From Mustelus asterias (taxonomy: Eukaryota): a stretch of 64,000 nt of DNA. Both the position numbers and the translations under genes were made by a program. This document shows, one piece after another, positions 62,034 to 64,000 of this stretch (its first letter is position 1; the number at the start of each line of letters is the position of its first letter). Below the pieces are notes generated by a model. That model saw only the letters and a list, made by a program, of their open reading frames with translations, was not told where the DNA came from and did no database searches. The stretch spans positions 930,001 through 994,000 of the forward strand of contig NW_027590143.1 in NCBI RefSeq assembly GCF_964213995.1, read 5' to 3'.

Positions 62034-62530
62034 AACATCGATAAGTTTATACTCACCACCTGGAGTCTTCTATTCTCCTTTCTCACTCTCCCTCTCCTCG
62101 GTTGCTCTTATCCGAGTTGGGTGATACCTGTCAGGGGTGATCAGATCCCTCCGTACCACCACTTATACTATACTTTTATTAAGCCGGCTTTCACATGAAG
62201 GCTTTTCCTTCAACTCCAGCGATCACTCCGACAGTTTCTTTCTCACTCACGTCTGAACATCACACCTCAGGCAACCTTTCTCCAGACCCTAACACCCATT
62301 TCAAATCCTGCCCTCAGCGTGGGGGATTTCGTCTCTTAACATTCAGCCTAAGGCTAGCTGTTAGAGTCAATTGCCTCCTTGTCCATATGTGCTCAGTTCA
62401 GACATCTTTCATTAGTTCAGACAGTCTCTCATCACAGATGATCATCCACTGTACTTTGACCCACTGTATTAAATTCGGTAATCTATTCCGGTGTCCCGGT
62501 CGTGGCCATTCGACCGGACCCGTAATCAGA

Positions 62531-62548
62531 TCCCAGGTTTCGGCACCA
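62531..62548 (-). promoter_or_regulatory. Primer binding site, tRNA-Phe
   Basis: TGGTGCCGAAACCTGGGA, 2 nt after the 5' LTR, a 17/18 match to the complement of the vertebrate tRNA-Phe 3' end (TGGTGCCGAAACCCGGGA). Confidence 0.88.
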
Positions 62549-62550
62549 AT

Positions 62551-63257
62551 TGTTGGAGGTAAAATAATACCTCTGAGACTAGTTTTAGAGTCAAAGTACA
62601 GTGGTTTATTTGCACAATTGTGGAAGAGGTCCTCCCTAACACGGTCTCAGACTTCTTACTGAATACAGGTCAAGAGCAAACATTTATACATATATTTTCA
62701 CCCCTGGTCACGTCCTTATCTTCCCATGATTATTGCTGTCTCGGCAAGTTCCGTCTTTCCCGTGTAACCGTGGCCATCCTCAAAGCTGCGAATATCTGTT
62801 TTGTCGCCACCTGTGCGTTGTCTATCCATCACACAAGATTATAAGTTTGCACCAACAGGTTAAGTAAGATACAGGTGCCTATGTCGCAATTTATATCAGT
62901 AATAATAGTGTGGATGAACAGCATATAATGAATATATATGAATCTATTGTTATACGATGACAGAAGGCATACATGTCAGCTCAACCGTGTTAAACAAAGG
63001 TACATAATAGAAAGGAACATAAAATGGAGTCTGCTTAGCTAATTCTGCTTAGCCACATTCCTGATACGCAATTAGCTGGGAACAGGAAGGACAGCTGTCT
63101 CTCTTATCTGGTTTGGATACATGAAAACAAATTCCACAGACATGAAAACACTGAGCCCTAACGTTAACATGAGCTCTACAGTGTTTCTCACAAAATCACA
63201 GAGTTCGTGTCTCAATGCTTCAGTGTTACAAAGTTCATTAACCCATTCCCATCTTCA
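62551..63257 (-). repeat. ERV 5' LTR (707 bp)
   Basis: Direct repeat of 52455-53147, with about 44 substitutions and two indels (1 and 13 bp) by hand count. Confidence 0.93.
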
Positions 63258-64000
63258 TACAGGATCCCCATTGTCCACTTTAATTGTTGCATCTTCGAAG
63301 AATTCTAGCAAATTAGTCAAAATTATTTGCCCTTCGTAAAACAATGCTGACTCTAATGAATTGCCTTGTGGCATTCTAAATGTTCCGTTACTACAATCTT
63401 AATATTGGATTCTAACAATTTTCCAAAGACAGATCTCAAACTAGTAGGTGTCTAGTTTGATACCTTCTGCCTCCCTCTCTTTTTGAATATCGGCTTTATA
63501 TTATCATTTATTCCAACCCACGGGAACATTTCACGCATCCAGGACATTTTGGATTATTATAACCAATGTACCCACTATCCCCACTACCAGTTCCTTTAAG
63601 ACAATAAGATATTAGCCATCTGGCTCTGGGAACTTGACTACCTTCAATCTCAATTGTTCAATCAACACGTTTTCCCTATTGATCGTGATTGTTCGAAATC
63701 CCTTCCTTTCTATTACCTCTGCATTATCTGTTACTATTGTGATGGTACTCGTGTTGTCCAGCGTGAAAACTGAGGCAAAATATCGATTATGCGTTTCCAC
63801 CTTTTCTGTTCTCCCCACTGTTAACTCCCCAGTGGAATACTCCAAGTGTCCAGCAATCACCTTAGCTCACTCCTCACTTTTAGATCCTTACAAATGCCCT
63901 TGCCTCACGTTCTTTTAACGCTGTGCGAGTTTTCTTTCACAATTTAACATTGATCTTTTTCTTACTTTTTAGTAACCATTTGTTGATCTTTAAAAGTTTC
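63258..64000 (-). mobile_element. Decayed CR1 LINE that served as the ERV insertion target (continues at ~52454-52400)
   Basis: YFASVFT and KFPEPDG fragments. Joining across the TSD restores GDPVDV..L.FQRAF.EVP of CR1 RT. Confidence 0.82.

Larger units (their letters stand above)
52455..63257 (-). mobile_element. Defective endogenous retrovirus (provirus with both LTRs)
   Basis: Two LTRs with TG...CA ends, TSD TACAG (52450-52454 and 63258-63262), PBS, PPT, gag with CCHC, integrase remnant and env. Confidence 0.93.

Overview
Vertebrate genomic DNA, almost certainly from a cartilaginous fish (shark), judged by the HE1/V-SINE-like and SacSINE-like SINEs, dense CR1 LINEs and shark-type Ig/TCR sequences. 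The window holds the 3' end of a T-cell receptor delta locus on the minus strand, read from the right. First comes a TCR-type V with leader (51687-49743), then an IgM-heavy-chain-like V with leader (46220-45745); both have 23-RSS. Next are one D (12-RSS/23-RSS, 40648-40634) and eight recognisable J segments (40509-28363: four apparently functional, one with a broken heptamer, three pseudogenes). The locus ends in a C-delta gene with three coding exons and a probable untranslated fourth exon (20971-~15670). Upstream of the V genes is a 10.8-kb defective endogenous retrovirus (52455-63257) with two LTRs, a 5-bp TSD, a tRNA-Phe PBS, gag, a largely deleted pol and a gamma-type env interrupted by a perfect 96-bp palindrome. 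The rest is mostly nested CR1 LINEs, SINEs and microsatellites. The main points of interest are the antibody-like V as the D-proximal V of TCR-delta, a TCR V with an extra cysteine pair, an inverted orphan 23-RSS, an enhancer-like Runx/Ets/Myb cluster downstream of C-delta, and the mosaic ERV. All calls were made by eye without database searches, and repeat boundaries are approximate.
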